From the IMG/VR virus record IMGVR_UViG_3300021960_000018: DNA of 64,000 nt; one strand, 5' to 3'. Position numbers and translations under genes: made by a program. Position 1 is the stretch's first letter. Every line of letters starts with the position of its first letter. This DNA comes from a virus. Shown here piece by piece: positions 8,416 to 17,019 of the stretch. The notes below the pieces were generated by a model. It was given only the letters and a program-made list of their open reading frames with translations, made no database searches and was not told the DNA's origin.

Positions 8416-10134
8416 TTAAGCTGCCAATTTAGAGAAATTTTTCTCTTTTACAAATTCAAGCTTACGTTGGAACTTATTGTCTAGTATTTCACCCTTATGG
8501 CTGATTACAAAGGTATTGGTCTCATCATCAAGGGTGTATAGAATCTTCATTAGGTTATCCACCCCATCATGATCCAATGAAGAGTCAAAGGTCTCATCAA
8601 GGATTAATAGGTTGGTAGAAATACTGTTTTTCATCTTGGCAATCATTCTCCAAGTAAACAGCAATGATAGGTCGATCCTCTGCTTTTCACCTTCAGAAAA
8701 CGAATCATACGTAAACGTGTCACGGTGGCGGGATCGAATAGTCTCGCTAAATTCTTCGTTGAGGTTAAAGTGTACAAAGAAGTCCAATGTTTGTAGGTAC
8801 TGATTAACCAGTTTATTGATCACAGGAAGATATTGCTTAATGATCTTGGTCTTAATACCGGTATCCTTTAGCATCTCTGCAATAACAGAATTATAACTAT
8901 AGGTCTCATTCTGCTTAAATTTTTCTTCGCGTAGGTTATCTCGCTCGGTCTTCATCGTTTCCAGATCCGACTTAGCAGTACCAAGATCGCCCTCGCGCGC
9001 GGTCAGGCGCTCGATATCTTTATTTAATGCATCAATAGTCTTTTGTAGTCTACCGATCTCTTGATTGTTAGCATTGATCTTAGACTGTGTATTACGAATC
9101 TCTTCAGCTTTAAGTGTAAACTCGTCTATAGTTTTCGTAATTTTTGCTGCTTCTTCGTCTGCTTTTTCAAGGGCCGATTTGAGCGTCGATGCGCTGCTTC
9201 TAGCTTCCGCAAGCTTTGTCTCAACGAGGGACTCGGTAATTTCTTGCTTACAAGTCGGGCATGAGGTGTTCGACTCGTAGAACTTTGCATCCTTGACAAG
9301 GGCTTCCATTCGTAGATTAAAAGTGGACCGATATTGTAAGAGGGCTTGCTTTTGGTCGTGACCTTTTTTAAGCGCTTCATTAACGGTTTCCTGATGTTGT
9401 AAAATGTAATCAGAGTGCGTCGAGTTTTCTGCTTGGAGCCGCTTAATCTCGTCCCGAGTCTGTTGGATAGTAGATTGTTTTTCATTAATCTCTTCCTCGT
9501 TCATGGCATTAATGTCACGAATATACTTGTTCTGAGTATCTATACGATTCTGGTTTAGATCGAGCTGATATGTTAAATCCTTTAGAGATTCTTTAATCAA
9601 CGCCTGCTTTTCTTTTATCAATACATTCATTTTAGAGAATACATTGATATCTAAAAGATCCTCGATAACATCTCTACGATGTTGTGCGGAGAGTTGCATA
9701 AAGGGGATAAACGAAGAGCTACCAAGGACTACGATCTGATGGAATGACTTATGTGTCATTTTTAGGATGTTTTGTTCTAGTACCTTTTGATATTCGCGCG
9801 AATGAGCTTCTTGGTTGACCAGATCCGATCCTTTCCAGATCTCAAACACTTGCGGCTTTAGTCCACGAACAATCTTAAAGGTGGAAGATCCTACTGTGAA
9901 AACTACTTCAACCTTACAGTCTTTGTTGTTAATTGTATTAACTAACTGAGGTTTGTTGATGTTACGATGGGGTTTACCGAACAAGGCAAAAGACAATGCA
10001 TCTAGCATTGTTGATTTACCAGCACCATTCTGACCAACAATAAGCGTGGACTTAGTGGCCGTTAGATCCATCTCAGTCCAGTTATTGCCAGTGCTTAGGA
10101 AATTCTTCCATCGCAAAGTCTTAAATTTTATCAT
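8416..10134 (-). CDS. gp46: Recombination ATPase gp46 (Rad50/SbcC-like)
   Basis: GQNGAGKS, CPTC zinc hook, FSEGE, LILDE. Confidence 0.97.
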   Translation of the reverse strand: MIKFKTLRWKNFLSTGNNWTEMDLTATKSTLIVGQNGAGKSTMLDALSFALFGKPHRNINKPQLVNTINNKDCKVEVVFTVGSSTFKIVRGLKPQVFEIWKGSDLVNQEAHSREYQKVLEQNILKMTHKSFHQIVVLGSSSFIPFMQLSAQHRRDVIEDLLDINVFSKMNVLIKEKQALIKESLKDLTYQLDLNQNRIDTQNKYIRDINAMNEEEINEKQSTIQQTRDEIKRLQAENSTHSDYILQHQETVNEALKKGHDQKQALLQYRSTFNLRMEALVKDAKFYESNTSCPTCKQEITESLVETKLAEARSSASTLKSALEKADEEAAKITKTIDEFTLKAEEIRNTQSKINANNQEIGRLQKTIDALNKDIERLTAREGDLGTAKSDLETMKTERDNLREEKFKQNETYSYNSVIAEMLKDTGIKTKIIKQYLPVINKLVNQYLQTLDFFVHFNLNEEFSETIRSRHRDTFTYDSFSEGEKQRIDLSLLFTWRMIAKMKNSISTNLLILDETFDSSLDHDGVDNLMKILYTLDDETNTFVISHKGEILDNKFQRKLEFVKEKNFSKLAA

Positions 10135-11192
10135 GCAATCTCAAGCGCCTGTGCTTCTGTCAATAGGTTTCTCATACTCAATTTAATACGATCTTTATCA
10201 AGATCAGTATCTACACCGTCTACATAGGAATCTAGAAGCGTTTCGGTTTCTTCCAACTGAATGCCTTCATCATCTACATTTTCACCGATAAACTCATTAA
10301 AGTTCTCGGCGATCTGCAGACCGTGAATCTTACGTGCTTGTATTGTATCAACAAATCTATCAAATGTAAATAGGTCTGACTTGTTAATTACCACAATTTT
10401 TACAAATTTATTCTCTACTGACCCGAAGTCAAAATCCATCGGATCCCCTGCAGTATCATCGTAGCGGATACGCTGAAAAAGAGTATGGGGATTACGAACT
10501 CTCTCAAGGCCACGCGTAGCCGTGTCCAAAATGTGGAAGTGTTTGGGGTCGTGTGCGTCGTTCCAGTAGAACTCCATTTGGGTCCCAAGATATTTGACAT
10601 TGCCCTTCTCCGATGCCGTGTGGAAGTGGCCTGATAAGACTTGTTCAAATCGGTTAAATAAATCTGCCTCCATTCCTCCATGGTGCTGGACGCCTTTCAT
10701 AACCTCGAATCCATTTAATTCTAAGTGTCCTCCAAGCCAATCCGCTTTACAGGTTTTAATGAATTGTATAGATCGATCATAGTTATCTGCACAGATCCAT
10801 GGTAGCAAAGCAATTCGCATCCCATCATATTCTACTACCGTAGGATCCATATGAATAGTTACCTCGCCCATATAGTGGCCGAGTAATTCCTTTAATGCAT
10901 TTAGATCATTGGTATTCTTATAATACGTATCATGGTTGCCAGGAATAACGTCCATGTGCATACCATATTCTCTTAGCCTACTAAGAAAGTTCTTACGGTA
11001 ATTGTTAAGAGCACGGAAGTTGATAAACTTCCTGTTATCAAAAACATCGCCAAGGTGAATGATCCGACGAATACCATGTTCCAAAAGATAAGGAAAAAAT
11101 ACATCAGAATAAAATTTCTCTGCATTATCGAGAAATACGTCAGAGCTATTGCGAATGCCACAATGAGTATCATTGATAATTGCTACCTTCAT
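10131..11192 (-). CDS. gp47: Recombination nuclease gp47 (Mre11/SbcD-like)
   Basis: DTH, GDVFD, GNHD, GHFH metallophosphoesterase motifs. Confidence 0.97.
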   Translation of the reverse strand: MKVAIINDTHCGIRNSSDVFLDNAEKFYSDVFFPYLLEHGIRRIIHLGDVFDNRKFINFRALNNYRKNFLSRLREYGMHMDVIPGNHDTYYKNTNDLNALKELLGHYMGEVTIHMDPTVVEYDGMRIALLPWICADNYDRSIQFIKTCKADWLGGHLELNGFEVMKGVQHHGGMEADLFNRFEQVLSGHFHTASEKGNVKYLGTQMEFYWNDAHDPKHFHILDTATRGLERVRNPHTLFQRIRYDDTAGDPMDFDFGSVENKFVKIVVINKSDLFTFDRFVDTIQARKIHGLQIAENFNEFIGENVDDEGIQLEETETLLDSYVDGVDTDLDKDRIKLSMRNLLTEAQALEIA

Positions 11193-11764
11193 ATAAAGAA
11201 CTCCGATAGATCAGAATCAACCTTAACTGAGCGTTTACGTCTTTCCCTCTTCTTATAATCCTTGACCTTTTGGTCATAGTCTTTAACCTTATCAATACGA
11301 TCTTTAAGTTGATCCACGAAGGAATTCATAATAGGATTGTTTAGATCTTCATCGTCAATAAAGTTTTCTACACCCGATTCTGCGATGTATCGTAGTTTAA
11401 CGTCTTGCTGCTTTTTTTCCTTCTCGATCCGGCGAAGGAAAGCATACCAGGAAATCTGTGTAAAGTATGCAAATGCATTTGGATTACCTGTACGTGTGGC
11501 AGCTTCAATATTGTAGTTTTCAATGGCTTTTAGACAATTCTCAACGGCATCCATAACCATCTCTTCACGATAGGTATAACGGATGAAATTCGATTTATGT
11601 GAAAGTCCTTCTGCGATTCTTAGAAAACAGACTGCAATATAATCTGGTACGATTGGTATCTCTTGCTTGAGTTTCTTTGCATCGGTGATTTGTTCAACAT
11701 ACTTTACAACAGCCCTAGAAAAGTCAGCATTGTTAACATAATGAATGCTTTGTTTTTTGGCCAT
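11189..11764 (-). CDS. gp55: Late transcription sigma factor gp55
   Basis: HYVNN, IAEGLS, EEMVMD, NAFAYFTQI. Confidence 0.96.
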   Translation of the reverse strand: MAKKQSIHYVNNADFSRAVVKYVEQITDAKKLKQEIPIVPDYIAVCFLRIAEGLSHKSNFIRYTYREEMVMDAVENCLKAIENYNIEAATRTGNPNAFAYFTQISWYAFLRRIEKEKKQQDVKLRYIAESGVENFIDDEDLNNPIMNSFVDQLKDRIDKVKDYDQKVKDYKKRERRKRSVKVDSDLSEFFI

Positions 11765-11792
11765 TGAATGTTACTCCTCTCATAACTATATA

Positions 11793-11826
11793 ATTCTACC
11801 ACAGGAGAAAAAAATCGTAAATCCCC
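11793..11826 (-). promoter_or_regulatory. Early-type promoter for gp55
   Basis: Minus strand GGGGATTTACG-N17-TAGAAT. Confidence 0.65.
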
Positions 11827-11832
11827 AAAATA

Positions 11833-11865
11833 GGGGGTTTACAAAATAAATTTAGTCGGTATAAT
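11833..11865 (+). promoter_or_regulatory. Divergent early-type promoter pointing antisense to upstream genes
   Basis: GGGGGTTTACA-N16-TATAAT. Confidence 0.55.
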
Positions 11866-12454
11866 ATAAAAGACTTTTTTGGGCAGGATAGAATACTGTC
11901 CCCACGTATTCCTTGATTTTCTGAGCTAAGGGGCCACTATCCTGCGAAACCTCCCCTTCAATAAACACTTTAAAATTAGAAAGTTGACTTTCAACCTTTT
12001 GATTAATCCAATAATCCTCGGGAATAGATTCTAGCATAGTTTTTATAATATCGAAAAAATAATCACTGTTGGGATGATTGTTATATCTATTGTAAAAATA
12101 TTGAATGCCAGGAACAGTAGGATTTTGTTTTAATGTGTTTTCTAAAGTTAATATTTCTTTAAATGAAAGTCTAATAATAATATCATGCCAAGATAGAAAA
12201 TTTTTAATCATAGCAGAATGAAAAGTTCTACTACCATCTAAGGAAAATACATATTCCTTTAGTTCTTCAAATTCATCTAAAAACTGTCCGGCGTATCTAA
12301 GTTTATTGTTCATTTTATAATGATGATCTGAATTTGGAAATTTTTCCATTCTATCAACATTATTCTCAAGATAAGATTCAGCCGCCGAATAACTAGTGTT
12401 AACGGCCACTGCATATCCCGCCATAGGTCCAATACCAACTGCTTCACTTTCCAT
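11852..12454 (-). CDS. Hypothetical protein, AT-rich
   Basis: 200 aa ORF coupled to upstream gene (TAATG overlap); no motif recognised. Confidence 0.65.
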   Translation of the reverse strand: MESEAVGIGPMAGYAVAVNTSYSAAESYLENNVDRMEKFPNSDHHYKMNNKLRYAGQFLDEFEELKEYVFSLDGSRTFHSAMIKNFLSWHDIIIRLSFKEILTLENTLKQNPTVPGIQYFYNRYNNHPNSDYFFDIIKTMLESIPEDYWINQKVESQLSNFKVFIEGEVSQDSGPLAQKIKEYVGTVFYPAQKSLLYYTD

Positions 12455-12855
12455 TAATGTATAGTCTTTCTTCCGTGTAGTAATTCAAATATTTCTTTAG
12501 GATCCATTTCTTCTTCGAATATTTCTTTAGGATCTACTATAACAGGATCTTCTTCAGGTTCTTCATCTTTTTTTAAAAGATCTTTCATAACCCTATCATA
12601 CTGCTTTGTTACGATTTTATTCGGATTCCCTTCAGCAATAATAGTACCAGCATTTAGAATCATTAAATTATCTTCAGCAAACTGATATACCATAAAAGGC
12701 TTAAGCTGGTGGTAAAAATTTCCGTCAGGTCCTAACATAGAATGAACCTTTAAAGGGTTGCGGATAACAATATCTAAACTATCTTCATCTGGCCATTCTA
12801 CGACCAGCGCAATGATTTCTTCACCACTACTAAGTTTAAATTGTTTAAGGTCCAT
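12454..12855 (-). CDS. T4-like hypothetical protein, possibly Sm-like fold
   Basis: KQFKLSSGEEII..., acidic tail ending KTIH; downstream of uvsW. Confidence 0.75.
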   Translation of the reverse strand: MDLKQFKLSSGEEIIALVVEWPDEDSLDIVIRNPLKVHSMLGPDGNFYHQLKPFMVYQFAEDNLMILNAGTIIAEGNPNKIVTKQYDRVMKDLLKKDEEPEEDPVIVDPKEIFEEEMDPKEIFELLHGRKTIH

Positions 12856-12858
12856 GTA

Positions 12859-14355
12859 TTATTCCCCTAGGTTTATTTTATATATGGTATATCTAAACTC
12901 CTGATCCTCATACATTTTTAATCTTTCTGCCCCATGCAAGAAAGCAAAGTTTTTCATTTTTCCTCTGGATATATCGTCGACCAGATCGTACAATCTTGTG
13001 TTAACTCCGGAATCAGACTGTCGAAGACCTCTTCCAATAGACTGCAATACCCTAATTTGTGACTTACTTGGGCTTGCAAATATAATATTATGGAGATTGC
13101 GAATGTTAATACCAGTAGAGAAGGTGCCAAATGACGCAACAATGATAGAATCCTTTTGCTTTTCGACTATTCCGCGGATCGCCTCACGATCTTCAGTATC
13201 AATATCACCACTTACAAAATAAACCTTTCGGTCTTCAGCTGCATTATCTTTTATCATATCAAACAGCGGTCGACCATGTTTATCAACGAATTGGAATAGT
13301 ACGAGGGTGTTTCCCTTTTGATCCAATGCCAAATTTCGAATGAACCGGTTTCTTGCTTCGTTCCTAACTATATAATCTATTTCATCTTGGTATGTCCTTT
13401 TACCCCACGTCGCGCGCACGGGCTCGGGATGATTAAGGACTAACATAGAAATGTCTAGATCTGCTAGGGTGTTATCATCCTGTAGCTTTTTAGTAGTTGT
13501 TACATCAAACACAGGACCGAATAATCCCTCTAGAACCAGTTTATGTGTCTGTGTACCATCTAGCGTTCCGGTAGTACCATATCGATAGGCAGCATATCTG
13601 CACTTATTCATAATAGAGGTCAGGGACTTTGATTTAAACCCGTGACACTCATCTCCAAATACTGCACCGAATTGTTCGAACCATTTGCCAGGTAACTTGT
13701 AGATAGACTGCCAAGTAGAAATAATAACCTTCTTACGTGTATCTTTATCTTTACCTGAATAGATTCGATGTGCATTCGTTTCTACATCATAACCATAATC
13801 TTTAAAATCATCATACATCTGTTCCACTAGAGATGTGGTAGGAACAATGACCAATACTTTTTCTTCACTAAGATGCTCGGTGAAATATCTCATCATGGTA
13901 TAGATGATTAAAGACTTACCCGATCCAGTAGGTGATAAAAGGATCGCTCGCTTATTCGTAAGGCCCCTAAAAACAGCGCTATACTGATAGTCTCTAATTT
14001 CTATGGGGTTACCCTTAGACCTAAGTTCTAGATTACGAATATACTCAGAAAGATTCTTAGGATCTATAGTATTTTTATCAGTAGGATATCCAGCCGTACC
14101 TTCTTCTAGATCAATTTCATAACCACGATCTTTAGAAAATTTAACTAGGTAATTATATAACCCAACGGGTAGCTCGTAAGTGTTACGGTTAAAAAGTCTA
14201 ACCTTACCGTCCCATACCTTATTCTTGTACGCGGGCATAAATTTATAGCCAGGAACAAAGAACGAAAAGAATTCGTTAAGTTCCATGGCAATACCACTAT
14301 TACAACTTAGCTGTAAGTTTACGTGGCTATTCTTCTGTACAAGAATTTTTTCCAT
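12859..14355 (-). CDS. uvsW: SF2 helicase UvsW
   Basis: SPTGSGKS, DECH, QSIGRGLR. Confidence 0.96.
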   Translation of the reverse strand: MEKILVQKNSHVNLQLSCNSGIAMELNEFFSFFVPGYKFMPAYKNKVWDGKVRLFNRNTYELPVGLYNYLVKFSKDRGYEIDLEEGTAGYPTDKNTIDPKNLSEYIRNLELRSKGNPIEIRDYQYSAVFRGLTNKRAILLSPTGSGKSLIIYTMMRYFTEHLSEEKVLVIVPTTSLVEQMYDDFKDYGYDVETNAHRIYSGKDKDTRKKVIISTWQSIYKLPGKWFEQFGAVFGDECHGFKSKSLTSIMNKCRYAAYRYGTTGTLDGTQTHKLVLEGLFGPVFDVTTTKKLQDDNTLADLDISMLVLNHPEPVRATWGKRTYQDEIDYIVRNEARNRFIRNLALDQKGNTLVLFQFVDKHGRPLFDMIKDNAAEDRKVYFVSGDIDTEDREAIRGIVEKQKDSIIVASFGTFSTGINIRNLHNIIFASPSKSQIRVLQSIGRGLRQSDSGVNTRLYDLVDDISRGKMKNFAFLHGAERLKMYEDQEFRYTIYKINLGE

Positions 14356-14801
14356 TACGATCCTGCTTGGAATTTACGCCATTCAATCATGTTACGGATT
14401 GTCTGGTGTCTCCATTTGACACTATCTAAAATTTCTTTTAGTGTGTCAACGGTAGTCTTCCAATATTCAATCTTTTCTTCTGATTTCTGAATGTCAGGAT
14501 CCGCATCATAAAAGCGGTCCATATCTGTTTTAAGTACTTTTAGACCATCGAATGGATCATACTTCCATCCCTTGTCGTCAATAGTAGCGGCATCCATTTT
14601 GCCACCATAATATAACCATTTGTCTTTCAGTATAGTCTTTTGCTCCATCTCGGCTTTTTTTAGCTGTAGCTTTGATAGGGCATGGAGCTGGATATACTTG
14701 GCATGTAACGAAGCTGCCCGGCGGGATTCTTCGTCTAGGTTCATATCATCAATGACAGAGTCTTTCTGCCAATCATTTAGCACATTCTGTAGATCAATCA
14801 A
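14355..14801 (-). CDS. uvsY: Recombination mediator UvsY
   Basis: LHAKY, KWLYYGGK, IRNMIEWRKFQAG. Confidence 0.93.
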   Translation of the reverse strand: MIDLQNVLNDWQKDSVIDDMNLDEESRRAASLHAKYIQLHALSKLQLKKAEMEQKTILKDKWLYYGGKMDAATIDDKGWKYDPFDGLKVLKTDMDRFYDADPDIQKSEEKIEYWKTTVDTLKEILDSVKWRHQTIRNMIEWRKFQAGS

Positions 14802-14812
14802 ATTTCAATCCT

Positions 14813-15301
14813 TTATGAGACTAGTTCAAAGTATGTATATTTCAAAGTAAGGGGGAAAGTTACGATAGTAGTTGCATCAGCATTTGCTTCCATCTGGATA
14901 TTACCTAAGTTAGTCGGGAAGCAGTCAACGTATCGAATTTCTTGATTTGTATTATTCTTACTGGTTAGGATGCTTAGAGTAACATCCGAGTATGTAGAGT
15001 TAGCGTCTTCTTTTGGCTTTTCTTCATTGTCCATGTTATACTTCATCCAGTTATATAGATCTTTGTAAGACTGAAGATCCTCGTCTGCAATCACATTAAC
15101 CTCAAGTGTACCGTATTCCCATACATCACCAGCGAATGGAACCCCTCTGTAACCTCTGAAGTTTGTAATGGCTTCATTGACAGATACATTTGGGTGTGCT
15201 ACAGACTGGGCAAAGAATGCAAAATTGGCAAAGCGACGTCTATCCACCACAAGCTTGAATCCAGTAGGCTGTAGGTAGTTGATGTTGTTCGTAAGGGCCA
15301 T
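14813..15301 (-). CDS. gp3: Tail tube terminator/completion protein gp3-like
   Basis: NYLQPTGF, DEDLQSY..LYNWM, CFPTNLG; late promoter upstream. Confidence 0.85.
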   Translation of the reverse strand: MALTNNINYLQPTGFKLVVDRRRFANFAFFAQSVAHPNVSVNEAITNFRGYRGVPFAGDVWEYGTLEVNVIADEDLQSYKDLYNWMKYNMDNEEKPKEDANSTYSDVTLSILTSKNNTNQEIRYVDCFPTNLGNIQMEANADATTIVTFPLTLKYTYFELVS

Positions 15302-15326
15302 AGTTAAACCTCATGTTGCTTACATG

Positions 15327-15334
15327 TATTTATA
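15327..15334 (-). promoter_or_regulatory. T4 late promoter TATAAATA
   Basis: Exact consensus upstream of gp3. Confidence 0.8.
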
Positions 15335-15373
15335 TGAAAAAAAGTTGGAAAAAAATCGAAAAAAATGCAAAAA

Positions 15374-15407
15374 GGGGGTTTACAAATCAAACGAAAGACC
15401 TTATATC
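15374..15407 (+). promoter_or_regulatory. Early promoter with A-tract UP element
   Basis: Phased A tracts, then GGGGGTTTACA-N17-TATATC. Confidence 0.65.
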
Positions 15408-15433
15408 TACTATATCAACAAAAGGAACACATC

Positions 15434-15703
15434 ATGACCAAGTTCGATAAAGCACTGATCAACAAAGACGGCGAATACGTTTCCTATGGTGTTGGCGCCA
15501 AGCGCAGGTTTATTGCTCGCTTCAAGCACCGCGGTCCGTTCACCAAGGCGATTTTCCTTAAAGAACTGATCACTAACCACACTGTTGAAAGCTACTTCGC
15601 TGAGATGGAAACCGGTAAAGCTCCTCTCGCTATCCTTCGTGATGCTAATGAGGATTGGTACTACGGTATCCTCGAAAAATTTTCTGGTAAGTCGTTTCGC
15701 TAA
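15434..15703 (+). CDS. Small early hypothetical protein (start at ATG 15434)
   Basis: AAGGA RBS; codon usage like highly expressed genes. Confidence 0.75.
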   Translation: MTKFDKALINKDGEYVSYGVGAKRRFIARFKHRGPFTKAIFLKELITNHTVESYFAEMETGKAPLAILRDANEDWYYGILEKFSGKSFR

Positions 15704-15715
15704 GGAGATTATATA

Positions 15716-15812
15716 AAGACTATTTTCTGCTGCATCCGATCCAACTGAAGGCCAAGGGGGGATCCGAATGTGTTAGAAGCTCGGTTCTAGGGGTGCGGTA
15801 GAAAGTAGTCTT
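15716..15812 (+). ncRNA. Candidate structured RNA closed by a 22 bp stem
   Basis: 15716-15737 pairs fully with 15791-15812, including four G-U pairs. Confidence 0.55.
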
Positions 15813-15823
15813 AGGAGTGTATA

Positions 15824-16033
15824 ATGGTTAGAACTGTACACTATGTTGGAATGGATCAGGATACCTACCAACGGGCTCGGAGAGTCTGGGGTGGTCCTGC
15901 ATACTACCACAAATGGATGGATGATCGTGTTTGGACCGAAGTTGGCGACGACGATGTTGTGGTCGTTGGCGATCCAACGTATAATCCATATGTTTGGGAC
16001 GCTTCGGCTGTTCCGAACAAATACACTGATTAG
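15824..16033 (+). CDS. Small hypothetical protein
   Basis: AGGAG RBS; 69 aa. Confidence 0.7.
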   Translation: MVRTVHYVGMDQDTYQRARRVWGGPAYYHKWMDDRVWTEVGDDDVVVVGDPTYNPYVWDASAVPNKYTD

Positions 16034-16039
16034 CAAAAG

Positions 16040-16047
16040 TATAAATA
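16040..16047 (+). promoter_or_regulatory. T4 late promoter TATAAATA
   Basis: Exact consensus upstream of lysin. Confidence 0.8.
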
Positions 16048-16076
16048 GCAGTGTTTACTAACAGAGGAACATTACT

Positions 16077-16943
16077 ATGGCTGAATTAAAAAAAGAGCAT
16101 CTTGCTCAATTAATCCCCGGAAACAAAGAAGTAGATGCTTGGCATGCAGCACTTGTAAAGGTTCTGCCCAAGTATGGTATCGACACTGAACGGCGTATTG
16201 CTCATTTCATTTCTCAGTGTGCGCACGAATCAAACAACTTTAGAAACCTTGAGGAAAATCTTAACTATTCTGCGAAGGCTCTAAATTCTGTTTTTGGTCG
16301 TTATTTCGGACCAGGTAAACGTGATGCAGCTGAGTACGAGCGTAAGCCCGAAAAGATTGCGAACTATGTGTATCAAGACGAGTTCCGTAGCTCTAAGATG
16401 GGTAACGTTAATCCAGGTGACGGCTGGTTATTCCGCGGTCGTGGTCTGAAGCAACTTACTGGTCGTGACAACTATACTCGCTTTGGTAAGTCAGTTGGTA
16501 TGACAGCTGAGGAAGCTGCTGAATATGTTGCTACCCCCGCTGGTGCCGTAGAATCTGCTTGCTGGTTTTGGGATACGAACAAGCTGAACACTATTGCTGA
16601 TACTGATGATGTAGCAAAAATGACCAAAAAAATCAATGGTGGAAACATCGGTCTTGAAGATCGTCAAAAGCGTTATCTTCATGCTATGGAAGTACTTGGT
16701 GGTAAGGTTAGTGCTGCTCCTGCAGCTGCTCCGGCTGCTGAAAGCGCTGCTACAGCTATCCTTAAAAAAGGTAGCAAGGGCGAACTCGTTAAAAAGATGC
16801 AAAAGGTTCTGGGCATCACTCCAGCTGATGGCGACTTCGGTCCTGGCACTAGAGCAAAAGTTGTTGCATGGCAATCAGCTAATGGTCTAACTGCTGATGG
16901 TGTAGTTGGTCCTAAGACTCTAGCTAAGATGGGTATTAAGTAA
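16077..16943 (+). CDS. GH19 family endolysin with C-terminal peptidoglycan-binding domain
   Basis: FISQCAHES, FRGRGLKQLTGRDNY, TKKINGG; Ala/Pro linker; DGDFGPGT...DGVVGPKT. Confidence 0.92.
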   Translation: MAELKKEHLAQLIPGNKEVDAWHAALVKVLPKYGIDTERRIAHFISQCAHESNNFRNLEENLNYSAKALNSVFGRYFGPGKRDAAEYERKPEKIANYVYQDEFRSSKMGNVNPGDGWLFRGRGLKQLTGRDNYTRFGKSVGMTAEEAAEYVATPAGAVESACWFWDTNKLNTIADTDDVAKMTKKINGGNIGLEDRQKRYLHAMEVLGGKVSAAPAAAPAAESAATAILKKGSKGELVKKMQKVLGITPADGDFGPGTRAKVVAWQSANGLTADGVVGPKTLAKMGIK

Positions 16944-16968
16944 ATAAAAAGGGCGGCTTTCGCCGCCC
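16944..16968 (-). terminator. Intrinsic terminator for gp23 transcript
   Basis: GGGCGGC-TTTC-GCCGCCC with T tract on minus strand. Confidence 0.8.
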
Positions 16969-16987
16969 AGTTTATAGGAGATAGATT

Positions 16988-17015
16988 GGGAGGGGTTAAT
17001 TCCCCTCCCTTTTTT
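16988..17015 (+). terminator. Intrinsic terminator for lysin transcript
   Basis: GGGAGGGG-TTAATT-CCCCTCCC-TTTTTT. Confidence 0.8.
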
Positions 17016-17019
17016 ATTC

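Noticed and set aside
15716-15812. tRNA or hammerhead ribozyme call for the structured element
   Set aside because: No T-loop or valid anticodon arm on either strand, and the hammerhead core (CUGANGA...GAAA) is incomplete.
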